NCBI RefSeq assembly: GCF_039654945.1
Contig: NW_027361715.1
Span: forward strand, 10,292,001 to 10,356,000
DNA length: 64,000 bases
Reading direction: 5' to 3'
Source of the DNA: Dendrobates tinctorius
Taxonomy: Eukaryota
The translations under genes and the position numbers were made by a program. Positions 1 through 12,950 of the stretch are shown here, piece after piece. Positions within the stretch are counted from its first letter, which is position 1. Each line of letters begins with the position of its first letter. Below the pieces are notes generated by a model that was not told the origin of the DNA, did no database searches, and was given only the letters and a program-made list of their open reading frames with translations.

Positions 1-530
1 AGAGGAGACGTTCAGAAAGGCACATGTTGGCGGAGTGTTGGAAGGGAGCATTCCATCTTGCCTGGAGGTTGACTGAGTCCCTGACCCGGAGGACACGGCA
101 CGGAGGCAGGCGCCTGTGTGTACTACAGACTGTGAGTAAAGCTTTGGAACTACAAGCCCTGGTGTCCTCCATTCATTCTTGTGCCAACGCACCCGGCACC
201 GCTACATCTGGGTACCGGCTTCTACACCGATTGTGCCTCTCCTCTAATTCCACATCTACACTGCCCTGGGGCTACAGCTTCACCTGTGGGGAGCTTCACC
301 ATCTTGGCTGCAACACACCACCATCCCCAGAGGATCTGCAAGCAGCGTCGGCTTAACACCTCACTTGCCGAACACCACAGGTGGCGTCACGAACTATTAA
401 TTTAACTATTTTCCACCACCATTCAACTTCCCCCATTACTTGGGCGCCCAGGGCCACGGACCGGGTCACCGCTGCTGTGACACATCCCCCTGACACCGGC
501 CCGGTACCGAGTACCCCACGGCCCTGGGAG
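1..530 (+). mobile_element. Probable LTR-like retroelement remnant, truncated by the window start
   Basis: GC-rich non-coding sequence with general resemblance to frog LTR ends. No coding domain seen. Confidence 0.3.
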
Positions 531-1799
531 GGTGACCCACACACCTGTCAGTGACTGCACCCAAGAGCAAAGGGAAGTGTCCAGGAGATTTGCTGCTTCT
601 TCTGCAGGACACAATTTCTTCAGGGGGGTCTCCTGCACCCTCTGGGGGAGTTGGCAAGTAGAATTTTTTTCTGGTTGTTTGGCCATCATATGTCCAGAAG
701 GCCCAATAATGACATAAAAAGTTAGAACATTCTGACTTCATACTATTTGTGGTCTACATCCAAACTGTCCTTTGTCTACATCCTTCCAGATGAATTCAAT
801 GAAAATCTGAAATGTTCCATCCACTTTCCTGTGGTGACCTCTGTGCAAAGAGTGAGGAAGGAACCAAGTTATATTAGGACTCATCGATTGATTCATGCTG
901 CTCAAATCATGGGAAGCATAAATTATCACCTGGATTGCACCCAGGTATGTTAAACGTAATTTAAAGATACGGAAGGACCCCTAGGTAGAATAGTCCAAAG
1001 TAGGCCATGGCCAGCTTCTCCTTACACCACTCCAGGTGATTGACAGGGTTCTCGCACGTGTGTACTTAGCGCGAGTACTGTCAACTCCCTCTAGTCCTGC
1101 GGGGAGAAGCCGGCTGCCAGGGAAATCTTCACACCGTATCTAGTCTGAAATGCTCCAATTGTGACTTGGGCAGCACGATCATAGGTTCCGTTTAAAGGGG
1201 TTGTCGAGGCTTGGGATGAAAGTATGTAGATACTTCTGGTATGTGACAGCAGTTACGTGATTTGCATACTTCCGGTCACATACCAACTAGTCGTGCTCGT
1301 TTTCTCTGAATAGGAGTGCACTGAGAGAAGAGGAGCACGTCTGAGAGAGGAGGAGCACCTACATGACTGCGGCTCTCATCGGCAACACCGGAGAATCCTG
1401 AGAGTGCATATCGCAAGCTATTTTTTAACATAAGTGACAACAAATTCTAAACTAAAAATTAAAAAATTGGTTCGGCCGATACTTTTGTCCATGTAGTTCA
1501 TCGCTCAGTAAGTTCATTATCTCAGTGTTATTTAGAGGGGAACTCCATGTTACTTCTGTAAGATTTTAGATACAAGAGCCATAGGGGCTTACACGCCCTG
1601 GCACAACCATGGGGTACAATGTGGTGCAGAGCACCCGACTGGATGCAACTCCTCAGAAAAAGAAATGGGTGTGGGGACCCCCGGCAGGGGGCCTATGATG
1701 GGTGCAGGGGGCCCCATTGGAGGCTCTTTGGACCATGAGGCCACCATTATACACACACTATGACGGTGCGTGTGCACCTGGAGCCCACACTGGAGGGGC

Positions 1800-2830
1800 T
1801 CGGTGTTGAGGACAAGGCCGTGTGAGGCTTTATGGTGACCCTGCCCACTCAGGGTGAGAGTTCAGCGGCCATCTGCTAGGTGTGGGTGACGTGTGGGACG
1901 CGGGGGCAGCCCGTGGTGTGCCGGGTGGGGGTAGCCCCTGCTGTGACAGCGGTAACCCCCCACAGACACGTCCTGCCTCCTCCTCCTCCACGCAGTCACT
2001 AAAAACCGAGCTGCGCACTTCTTTCAGATCAGCAGCCTGGGGCTCAGCGGGGCAGCCAATCAGCGGCCGGGACACAGATATGCAAATGAGGCGGGGGAAG
2101 ATCTCACGCTCGCCGTGAGGGGTTGGAGTGGCCGCTTTATCACCATTGGGAAACTTGGCCTCATAGAGCCGCACCAGGGAGAGACCCCCTCCCTCCTCAT
2201 CAGCATCGGCCCTTCCTGTGGGGGGATCGATAACTGGGATCGATCCATCGGCGATCAGCTTTGGGGAGGGGGTCCCCGCCTACAACTCCACCCCGCTCGG
2301 TCGTGTGTCGGGCGGGCTCCCGGTAAGCTCACATGTTGGTCGGGGCAGTAAGAGTTGGGTGAGGGTGGCACGGCGGGTGCTGGGCGGGGGGCAGCACTTG
2401 GGCTGAGTTCTCAGTGTGATGTCAGAGGGTGAGGGGCTCAGCCCTGGTGGCGCCCCCTGCCCTGGGCATGTGGCCTGGGAGGTGCAGGTGTGGGCACTGC
2501 CATGTGCTGGCCTCCTACCTGCCCTGTGGAGCGGTGCCCAGTGTCTGACCTCAGCCCTGGCACGCCTGACATGGAAGCAGCGAGGCCTACACCATGGTCT
2601 GGGGTACGGGGGGCATCCAGCGCCCCACCCCGCGCTCCCCGGCGCCGCTCCATGGTGCCGCCCAGTGTGGGGGCATCTCCGAGCCCCACGTCTCTGTGTC
2701 ACAACTTTCCAACCTGGAGAAATGTTTTAACGCTTTGTTTCCAGGACTGGACAGAGTTTGGGTGTGCGGCTGGCTGAGCGCATGGGTGGCGGTGGTGTGT
2801 GCTGACGTTGGTGAACCAAGGCTGTCCCGT
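1800..2830 (+). promoter_or_regulatory. CpG-island-like region, putative CHD9 promoter and non-coding first exon
   Basis: GC- and CpG-rich, not obviously repetitive. CCAAT box 2056-2060, octamer ATGCAAAT 2080-2087 and GC box GAGGCGGGG 2088-2096 lie in series. Candidate donor CCG|GTAAGC at 2322/2323. The CHD9 coding exon starts with an acceptor, so an upstream exon must exist. Confidence 0.55.
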
Positions 2831-5072
2831 CACTCCATTACTTGGTGAAGCAGGAAAACAGACCGCTCCATGAGCTAATCCCTGTGCCAGGTGATGGTGG
2901 TTTAGTTCTAGATCTGGAAATGTGTGGCGTGGCTAAAATAGGACCATGGCTTGCTCGAAAGGTTGGAGTTAGCTATCTAGTACAAATCCCTCAGCTCCCC
3001 AGGTTCTGACGCTCTTTTCCGTTTTGCTCTGCGTCGCTCCGTCGCCGAGATATCAACGTTGTTTCTTCTACAGCGCAGCATGTGAAATCTCCACCGGTAG
3101 TGCAACCTAGAGGAGTCTTTCGTCGCTCCCTCACAACTGCTGAGACTGCTACGTCAGCTCACGGGCTGTGATTGGCAGCGTCTGGGAGGGGGTTAAATAG
3201 AGTGCACTCCCCTCAGGGAAGGCTGTAAAGAAACGCAGAGTTGGGCTTTAAGCAGAGATTTCACATGCTGCGCTACAGAAGAAACAAATGTGAATATCTC
3301 TGCAGTGGAATGACGCAGCACAAAACCGAAAAAAGTGGCAGGATCAGGAGAGCTCAGGGGATTTTTTTTTACAAGGTGTTTAACCTCTTTTATTTGGGCA
3401 AATGACAGGTCCTCTTTAAAAAGCGCCTGTCACCTTGTCAGAAGTGGTTAGTTTTTGCCCTTGACTATTACGTTTCTGTATTTTATAGGCCGCCCTAAGC
3501 TTCTTGAGATATGGGCCTTTTTATTTAGTGCTACTTTATATGGTCTTTACTCGCAGGTGTGGCTTAGTGGGTTCTCAGGCGGTTGCTCTGCATAATTATC
3601 CTGTCAGCCACACCCCTTTGGCAAAGAACATAAAAACGCACCAACGAAAATAACCCGAATCTCTGGAACTGTATTCTGGATCTTAGTCGGGGAGCAGTGG
3701 GAATAAGGTAAGGGCCAAAACTGGTCACAGGATCCCGGTGTAGGGGCCATGTCGGTGTTTTGGGACCGTTGGACAGTGTCCCTGCGGCGCCTCTTCTGCT
3801 TTGTAGACCAGCTCGTGGCGTGAAGTCCACATTACGTCACGCTGAGAATACTAATCAGACGCGGCGCCGAGGACGCTGACGAGTAGGAGGTGGTTCGCAG
3901 TGTTTGCGTGTCTCGGCGGCCTTTGGACAGGGGTCTGCAAATTGGTTGGTGCATGTCTACAGTAGGCACCTGCTGACCCAATGCTCCCTCAGCCAGCAAC
4001 CATCTGCCCCGTCTTCCCATACACATGCATGCTCAGTAAGGGAGAGCATGCACATGTTGTGTATGGAGAAGGGGGTAAGCTGCTGCTAGATAACTGATTT
4101 TGCTTCTATACCCTGCAGCCGAAAGGATCGGATGGTGAAATTCCAAATGTTTGATTCTTTGATGTCGGAGGGGGGTCCGGAGGCCCATACTCATTAGTCA
4201 CCATTAGTGTAACATCTATGAGTAAGATAAGGTGTAGCGGACCACCCAATATGTATGGGAACCTCCCGACTCTCTAAGGGGAGAGAAGGATCACTTACAT
4301 TAAATTTCAAAACCTGATCATTTTGTTCTTCTATAGATTTCTCACTATTGAAAATTATGCATGCTCAGCCAACCTGAGCGTGCATGTATATTGGGGTCAT
4401 TTAAGGCAAATAGATGTAATCCTCGTCCTAACGCCTTGAGGCAAACCCATCTGCTCTAACCCCCTCCACGTCAAGTGGTCTCCGGCAGGAGAGGAAGCCA
4501 TGATGTCCCATTCCTTGGTCATCTGACCGCTGCAGCCTGTGATTGTGTGCAGCGGTTCAGTGCATCCCATAATCATAGTTTCAGCATTTTTTAAGGCAAG
4601 AATCACACACATACTGCATATAAATAATATAAAGGTGCTGCTCAGTGATTCATTGTCTGGCCCTGTCATCTTCCGGGCGATGGTGTGCGCTGTTGGCCTT
4701 GGACCAGATCACCACGCTCTCGTGAATATGTGTCGCCTACATTCAGACGTAGCGACGGCGGTGCTATCGATATGGGATATAGTGACTTCCGTGCAAGGAA
4801 TTTATGAAAATATGTGTCGAGGGTTTGGAGGCATAGTCTCTGTTGGCTAGAGTTCTACTTTACGGGGCAGATTTATTCAAAATAGGCACATATTAGTAAA
4901 TCAGCGGTCTGATTAGTAAATCAGCGGTCTGAGATATTGCCAGTTATCCTTCGCCGGTCCTTGGTCTTAGAAAATAAATCACAATGTGCGCTAGTTAGCA
5001 TGTAAACGCAGGCAGCCTGTGCACCCATACGCCATGCCATATGCAGACCTGACTGAAGGGAAGGCCCTTTAA

Positions 5073-5444
5073 AAATGGACCTGTCACCAGGGACTAGAGT
5101 TCAGTATTTGCTCTTATATCTATTCCCGCTACTTTCATGAGTATTCCGGTTTTTGTTTTTTTAAAATCCGTCATGTGGTTTCAGAGATATGGGTATTTGT
5201 TTAGTGCCACTTTTTATGGACGTTTCCTAGGGGGCGTGGCTCGCAGGCTCCTCGGGGGAGTGGCTCTGCATAATTAATCCTGTGAGCCACACCCACTTGC
5301 TGACCACCATAAAAAAGAAGCACCAAATAAAAAGGTGAATATCTCTGGAACCATATGGAGGATTTGGAAAATACAAAAACTAGAGTACTCAGGGGACCGG
5401 CGGCAATAAGATAGGAAAAATGGACGCTCGATAACAGGTCCTTT
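5073..5444. mobile_element. T2/Kolobok-type MITE
   Basis: TTAA on both sides (5069-5072, 5445-5448). Imperfect TIRs ..GGACCTGTCA / ATAACAGGTCC... Related copies near 3420-3780 and 11712-12390. Confidence 0.65.
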
Positions 5445-8400
5445 TTAATGCAGTTGGGGCATAAATGCAAGACATCACCTATCCATTTTTTTACTGAAAT
5501 GCGTGTACTTTGGGCTCAAAATCATTTTTGCAATGGAATTTCATAAAAAATGTTGCACTTTTTTGCATTTACAGGTTCTCTATTTTCTGTACACTTATCT
5601 TTGATGTATTCTTTGGTCATAAATCGGCTGAGAGGAGCATAGAAAAGAGCAGATAATAGAATTACAAAATTTCCCATTAGACCCTCAGAAGGAGCTCACT
5701 GACAGGTTCTCAGTAAATTCGTTCTACAGCCACCAATAGACTGTGCTATAGATGCAAAACATTTTACTGTATCCCAGTTACAAAAATGTTTTTTTAGCCA
5801 AAAATATGTGTATTTAAGTAAGAAAAAAACCTGTTTGTCAGTAGTCGTCAGTATGATCGGACATAACACCGCACCCGTAGTAGACTGGGAACCTGGAACT
5901 ATAGAGGGGAATCGTCCTGCAGGCGACGGGTTACGGATTTAGCTAACAGACAGGATTAACGCTTCCTGCTTTCGGGTCTGGTGTAAAAACATGTTACCAG
6001 CTGGCGCTTCAGTTGCTGGACCCGTCCCTGAGGGACGCCGTTATTTTGAGGTTGCACATTATACCGGATGTTCGAAGCGTTCTAGCAAGGAGCGGACCAC
6101 CATCGGTCCGGTCCTTGCCCGTCCCGCACTGGTGCTTGTGTAACGCAGAGGTTATCTGGGGAAAGGTGAATGTCCAGCTCTCCATCTCCTGTGGTCACGG
6201 CGTCAGGGCTGTGACCTTACTCTTATCAGCTCCACATGGACACCGGAGAGGACATTTAATCTATAACATTTTTACTAGGGGATCACTTCTTTTCTGTTGT
6301 TGTTTTTTTTTCCAGTTATTACAGCTGGAAACGGTGGATTAAATAGACCACCGGGTGATACCCTTCCCTCGGGGTCTCAGTACCTTGTCGACGCTACTAG
6401 CACTAATTGGGGATTGGTCATAATGGGTGTAAGGCCGTGGCATTGGTGTCTGGGTGGAAGTGAGGGTTGCTACCCAAGAACGTTCAACCTAAACGACTTT
6501 ATTTTCCACCTTGCAACAAAACAAATCCAAAACGTTATCCTCCGGTTGGCAGCCAGAACGTCCACATCAGTCCGTTGCCCCACTGTAATTCACCTCTCCA
6601 ACCTTTTCTCGGACATCGTGTGACCCTTGCCACTTGGCCATGAGCTTACTTTCTGTGGTGGGCACTTAGACTAATACCCGATCCCCTTGTTTAAAGGACC
6701 TGACCATGGCCTGTCTGTTATAAGCTCGGGCATCCATGAGATGTTCCTTTACTATAGGCGTGACCGCCGCGATCTAGTCCTCCATACTGGCCACGTGCCA
6801 TATCACGCTTCTAAGGGGAGTAGGCTCTTGCCCCCACGTCTCTTCGGCTACGTCCAGTAGCCCCCTAGGATGCCTGCCGTATAATAGCTCAAAAGGTGAG
6901 ACCCCCGTTGAAGTCTGCAGTACCTCGCAGATGGCAAACATTTCTTAGGGCAGTAACATGTCCCAATCCTTCCCATCTTAGGAGACCACTTTTTTAAGCA
7001 TAGATTTAAGGGTTTTGTTAACTCTTTCAACTAAACCATCGGTCTGTGGATGGTACACAGACGTGTGAAACTTTAATCTGGAGCAGCTTGTACAGTTCCT
7101 TTGTCACCTTGGATATGAAAGGAGTCCCCTGATCAGTAAGGATCCCCTTAGGTAGCTCAAGGCGAGTGAACATGGCAAACAGCTCCCGGACAATAAGTTG
7201 TGCCGAGGTAGTGGATTAGCCTCCGGGTAATGGGTAGCATAGTCTACGACCACTAATGTGTTGGTGTCCACAAATTGACTTTACAGTAGACCATACCAGA
7301 TCCATAGCAATCTGTTCAAAAGGTGCCTCTACAATAGGCAGAGGAACCAATGGACTTCGGAAACTTGCGGTGAGTGCGTTCAGCTGACACTCTGGGTAAG
7401 ACTCACAATACCTCTACATCTCAGCATAAATCCCAGGCTAAAAGAACCGCTGCAGAATCTGCTTTTGTGTCTAGTTAACCCCTAGGTGACCACCCAGCAT
7501 GTGTTTGTGGGCCATCTCGAGCACCACCCGACGTAACGACTAGGGCACTATCAGCTGTTCCACTACTTCATCCCGGATTTTGTCAACCCAATATAGCAAC
7601 TCCTGGTTTACCGCCATACACGGAAGAAACGCCTCTGCCCCCGTTTGCTGAGCCACCACATTTACCTCTATCAGGGTGACTCAGGCTTGGGTCAGTGTCG
7701 GATCCTGAAGCTGAGCTGTCCCAAACGTTCCCTGGGATACTTGATGTGGTCTCCTCGACCTCTCTTGCTAACACCTCTATGGGAAACCTATCGAGTTTAC
7801 AATCTTTGCCTATGAGGGTGACCCTCTTACGGCACGTAACCCCGACTCAGGATTTTCTAGTTCTGCGCCCGGACAGACCTTTACCCTGGGAGGATTAATT
7901 TTACTCTCCCACAGGGAAGAGAACAAGGGCAAGTCTATTCCTAATACAGTCCGTAAGGAAGGGTCTTCAAAACTCACACCACGGAGTGGAAAAGATAACC
8001 TCCATTGTCAGATACTCACAGAGTTCGCCATGTATACAAATTATCCCAACTTCTCCCCCCAGTGGGGTCTAACCCGGAGATCAGTGACCCATGTACGAGT
8101 GTCACTAGGCTCCTTGAGTCCAAGAGAGCCTCTGCCCAGTGTCCATTGACATGCACCTGGAACAGATAGGTTTCACCAGCTGGACTGACAGTGTCCACAG
8201 TGTAGACGGTCTGGGTATACATCGCCACCTGGCGAGTAAACCTGGAGTCCATGTGTTCAGCAGTCAGGGGGCAGTTGTCAGCCACATGTCCTGACCCTTG
8301 TCACTGACAGCACCTGGTAGCGATGGCACCGCTAGTCCACGAGACCGGTTTAGGGATAACTGATATTAGGCCACACTCACTCCGGGGTAACCCCTTATTA

Positions 8401-9180
8401 TGAGCTCGATTCTGACTGACCCCAGCAGAGGGTCGGGTCCCTTTTCCAGACTCCTGGGCTTGCAGGGGCTAACCACCTGATCTAGGTTGGCCAAGTCCCC
8501 TTGCCTCACCCACCACTGTGTGGCAGAGTTCTCACCAACCGGTCGACTACTACCCTCAAGTTCTCAGGCAGGAGCCATTTTTTTTTCTAAATGCAATAAG
8601 TCATACGCCTGAGACCTAGTTGGTCGGTTCTCCACAAAGGACCACTGGTACACCCGTTGTGCCCAAACATACGTATTAACCCTCAGTCGAGCAAGGAGCT
8701 CACCTTTTGAATTTCCCATAGTTCTGGGCATCCTCCCGGCTGAGGTCAAAGATATCCTTCTGGGTGTCTCCCATCAGGAACGGGGCCACCACTTCAGCTC
8801 ACTGGGAAATCTGCAAACTCTCTCGCTCCGCTGTGTGTTAAAACACGGTGAGGAAATCTTCCATGTTATCCTGCGGACTCATCCTCAGTGCTGACCTGAC
8901 TTTGTTGCGGGCCTTGGAACGAACTGGGGTCGGTGGAGGGGGCATCTCTTGCTGGGCTGCAATCTGTTGCAGAATCAGGTTGTAGGTCTGCGGCTGCTGT
9001 TGGTGTTGCTCCTGCTGTTACCACTGCTGCTGCTTGTGCTGCTCCTGCTGTTGACGCTGTAACTGCAGCTGCTGCTTTTGGGTGAGGATCAACTGCTTTA
9101 GTAGCTCCTCCATGTTGAACATAATTGTGCAGGCTTAATCATGGACAGGCAGCATTTTCGGGGTACGCCTCAGTTCACAC

Positions 9181-9198
9181 TGCCCGCATTCTCCGCTA
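9181..9198 (-). promoter_or_regulatory. Primer-binding site complementary to the tRNA-Ala 3' end
   Basis: Plus strand TGCCCGCATTCTCCGCTA versus the recalled vertebrate tRNA-Ala(AGC) 3' end TGCCCGCATTCTCCACCA (16/18). Abuts the LTR end. Confidence 0.8.
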
Positions 9199-9744
9199 TG
9201 TTTAAAGCAGGGACTTTCATGTCTGTGCAACAATGAGGCGAGTGACCCCAAAAAGTTTAACTTGAATAACTTTATTTTCCAATTTACAAACAAATCCAAA
9301 ACTTTATCCTCCGGTTTGCAGACGGATCTTCCGTATCAGTGCGTTGTCAAGGACGAATGCACCACCGTATGATCTGACACACCCAAACCAAACCTTAACT
9401 GGAAGTGTAAATGTGAATCGGGGACATGAGCCACTCCCAAGACCCGGAGTGGAGTGAGAGATCCGCCCCACTACCATTCTACAGATCTCTCCAAAAATAA
9501 AAGCCCATGTCAGGCTTTCTTAAATCTGACTTGGTAAAATAGTTTGACCAAGTCCACACTTTCTTTTGGGCCACTCCCAAGACCCGGAGTGGAGGGAGAG
9601 ATCCGCCCAACTATCATTCTACAGATCTCCCCAAAAATAAAAGCCCATGTCAGGTTTTCTTAAATCTGACTTGATGAAATAGTTTGACCTAGCCTGAAGA
9701 AGGTCACTATGTGGACCAACAGGAGAACAGCTACACACGTTACA
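9199..9744 (-). repeat. 5' LTR of the Gypsy element (TG...CA) with an internal ~140-bp direct duplication
   Basis: Minus strand begins TGTAAC and ends CA next to the PBS. The block gccactcccaagacccggagtggag...agtttgacc occurs twice (~9430 and ~9570). 9260-9350 resembles 6480-6580. Confidence 0.75.
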
Positions 9745-9821
9745 GGACATTACATTCTCAATCCAATATGGAGTTGGTCCCCACTCTCCCGGCTCCTCTG
9801 GGAAGGTTTCTACAAGATTTT

Positions 9822-10333
9822 GGGTAAGTTCACACTGGACGTTTTGTTTCAGTTTTTTTCAGTTTTTTTCAGTTGCAAAACCTGATCTCTTGGCAGGAAA
9901 GAAGCTGCAGAAAAAAACATGTTTTCTTTGGTTTTTTTGCTGCTTTTTTGTGCATTTTTGCTGCGGTTTTGACATGCTAGATTTGCCTCTTGTGCAAGTT
10001 TAGTGTTGAAAAAAAAAAGAATCAGGTTTTGGCACAAAAATCCAGCAAAACCTGCGTTTTTGGTGCGTTTTTGTCTGCATTTTTTCACCACCCATTCATT
10101 TCAGTGGGTGAAAAACGCTGAAAAAACCCCACCAAAAACGCTGCCAAAAGTGACTTGCTCCATTGTGCAGAAAACCAAGCGACGCACATAATCCTGATGA
10201 CAAAAAAAACCCATTGTGTGTGCATGAGATTTCTGAAATGTCCTAGGCTTTGCTGGTATTGTAAAACGCAGCTAAAATTTGCATAAAAAAGCATAAAAAA
10301 AACACTGCAAAAAAGCCTAGTGTGAACTTCGCC
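9822..10333. mobile_element. MITE (PIF/Harbinger-like TIRs) inserted in an old Tc1-like fragment (~9760-10400)
   Basis: TIRs GGTAAGTTCACACTGG / CTAGTGTGAACTTCGCC with T-rich and A-rich internal arms. The flanks join to read ggaaggtttctacaagattt..tgggtgtgtctgtatgagtttttgctcactcacccagaagag, which resembles Tc1 sequence. Confidence 0.65.
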
Positions 10334-11315
10334 TTTGGGTGTGTCTGTATGAGTTTTTGCTCACTCACCCAGAAGAGTATTTGTGAAGTCAGACATTCAT
10401 CCACTCAATGACGACTTTTATTCCCCATTGACTTGCATTGGGGTCGGGTTTCGGGCGAAACTCCAACTTTTTTTGCCTTAGTCGGACCAGTTTCATCCGA
10501 CTCAAATTTTGTTTCATGAAACCCGATCCGACCAAAGTCGCTCAACTCTAGTCGTAACCACTGGTTTTTGGAGAACGTTACTTGGCTCCTCTCGCCCTCG
10601 TCGCTCCTCGCTGGGCCATGTCGGCTGAGCCTACGGGTAACTTTCCCGGCACAATGCTGTGTTCAGTGGTAAAGACAGAATTAAAAAGGGTTTTTCTGCT
10701 TTCAGAAAAGTCGTCTCTTTTAAAAACAAACCATCCTTCTCCCCAGGTCCGACGCGGCGTCTCCACCGCTGCGCCTGGTGTCTGTTGTTGTCTGCAGCGC
10801 TGACGTCCTGTCGACAGCGCCAATAACTGAGCTCAGCCAGCGCCACCGAGCTCACTGATTAGCTGCAGTGCTGTCGATGTGACAGCAGCGCCTCAGATAA
10901 GAACAGACATTGGTGGCAGCGGTAGAGACTCAACATTGGACCCAAGGAGGGTGAGTAAAGCGTTAACTGCAGCCTGGGGAGATGTGTTTTCTGAAAGAAG
11001 AAACCCCCCTTGGTTGTCCAACATTTGGGACGCCCACTGATCTTGAGAATTAGCACCTCGTCCCTTTCTTGTTTTTTTTCCTTCAAGCGGAGGTGCCCCA
11101 ACCGTGCAGGGAAATCCCGCCAGCCATAAATGCCCCTGTGAAGCGGGAGCAACAGTGCGGCCCCTTCAATCTCAGGATTGTGGGGTCAGATGGCACTTAT
11201 TTAGCGATAGCATATCCTAGTGAGACGGGAATACGGTACCCCTTTATGAACACAGCGCGTAGATCAAGTCTATCAGGAGATGATTTGGGGCATTGGGAAG
11301 GCCAGGTTGGGTAAT

Positions 11316-11555
11316 TGGGTGGCTCAGTGGGTAGCACAGTTGCTTTGCAGCACTGTGCCCCTGGGTTTAACCAACCAAGGACAACATCTGCCTAGAGTTC
11401 ATATGTTTTTGGGTGGTTTCCTGGGCTTCTTCCAAGTAGTCTGGTGTCCTCAGCAGATTGTTCGCTGGCATTCTGTGAAATCGGTGGTTGTGTCTGGGAT
11501 CCGATTGTGAGCCCCATTGGGCATCGGCAGAGGTGGATACAGGAATTAATAATAG
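11316..11555 (+). mobile_element. Degenerate V-SINE copy
   Basis: ggtggctcagtgggtagcac...ccaaggacaacatctgc..gagttcatatgtt...gattgtgagccccattggg resembles the reverse complement of 33303-33576. Confidence 0.6.
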
Positions 11556-11891
11556 CAAAAAGGCTGCGTTTATCAGAAAGGCTGGGAATCAGCAGCTTGG
11601 ATATGTTCTCAGACACTGCAGAAATTACTTTTTTTTACTTTTTATCCATGAGGACACACTGAGTGGCATATTGTGGTTTACAAAGTCCTTAAAGTGTATG
11701 ATGGTTCTTAACGAGGCCCTGTCACCTGGTCAGAAGTCCATTGTTTATTATTGAGCTTATTCCTGCTGCTCTCCTGAGCATTTCAGTTTTTTCTTTTTTT
11801 AAATCCTTTATACGGTCCCATAGATAAGGGCATTTTTATTTAGTGATTTTTTTTCTTAGGAGGTGGGGCTCACGGGATCCTCGGGGGTGTG

Positions 11892-12215
11892 TCATAGACT
11901 CATAGAATGGTAGAGTTGGAAGGGACCTCCTGGGTCATCTGGTCCAACCCCCTGCTCAAAGCAGGATTCACTAAATCATCCCAGACAGATGTCTGTCCAG
12001 CCTCTGTTTGAAGGCTTCCATTGAAGGAGAACTCACCACCTCTCGTGGCAGCCTGTTCCACTCATTTATCACACAGTGATAAAAAAAATTTCTGATATCT
12101 AATCTGCGTCTCCTCCCATTCAGTTTCATCCCATTGCTTCTAGTCTTTCCTTGTGCAAATGAGAATAAAGATGATCCTTCTACAATGTGGCAGCCCTTGA
12201 GATATTTGCCGACAG
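11892..12215 (-). mobile_element. CR1 LINE 3'-end fragment nested in a T2-type MITE (~11712-12390)
   Basis: Highly similar to 62842-63165 (catagaat..tagagttggaagggacctcc...), including the CR1-type terminal octamer repeat. Confidence 0.85.
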
Positions 12216-12793
12216 TGTCTGTTTAATAACTCTGTGAGCACCGCTCCCGTGTAAACACCCTAAAAATTAGCACTAAACATAAAGAGCCATATCTCTGGTG
12301 CCATATGGCGGATTTTAAAAAGGAAAACAGCGGAATACTCAGGGGAATAACCAAAGGGCAAAACTGGTTACATATGACCTGTTGACAAATCTTTACATCT
12401 AGGATACTAGGAAATTGCCTTTACTCCTATTAAAGTAATTCTAAATTGTATTTTTTTCCTTGCACAGCGTCCAGTCAGATCCTTGGTTTTACGTTTTCTT
12501 CACCGGAAAGTCTTAGCTGCATTAGAGTTGCTGGTAATACCAAGAGCGCTGTAGCCATGTCTTATCCTCCTCCTCCCCCATCCGGAGTCAGTCGCAGACT
12601 CGATGCCTCCTCCTCCCTCCTCGCTGAGTCTGTAGCAGACACCCCGAGCTTCCTCCTAGCTGGCAGATAGTAAATGCCTCATGTAGCTCCGTTTTCTGTC
12701 TCTGGATCAGTGTCACACACTGTTTGCTTCTTCCTTGCTGTGTTAATCAGCATTAAGCTCTGTCTGCGCTCCATATGTTTTCTCCCGTAAAGG

Positions 12794-12941
12794 GCACCTG
12801 CCAAAAAACACATGAGCCTCAGACCTGGTGCACCAGGCACCGCATGCAGGAGGCATCATGGTAATGGGTGTGCTGCAATGAGGCCTCATGCACATGATGC
12901 TTGGTGCACCAGGCCTGAGGATCATGCGTTTCTTTGCAGGT
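12794..12941. repeat. Short imperfect palindrome (MITE-like) directly before the 33-bp array
   Basis: cacctgccaaaaaacacatgagcctcagacctggtgcacca ... tggtgcaccaggcctgaggatcatgcgtttctttgcaggtg. Confidence 0.65.
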
Positions 12942-12950
12942 GGTCGGTCA

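Larger units (their letters stand above)
6428..9744 (-). mobile_element. Decayed Gmr1-like Ty3/Gypsy LTR retrotransposon (LTR-PBS-gag-protease-integrase-partial LTR; RT/RNaseH absent)
   Basis: On the minus strand: gag from ATG 9113 (Q-rich, then D.MEDFLTVF..VAPFLMG), CCHC remnant (GHVADNC), protease VNGHWAEALLDSRS (8016-8285), integrase H..GGHLG, FEQIAMDLV, ILTDQGTPF, SVYHPQTDGLVE, YNRQAMVRSFKQGDRVLV, KWQGSH..VGEVNY (~7560-6583). Many stops and frameshifts. Confidence 0.88.
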
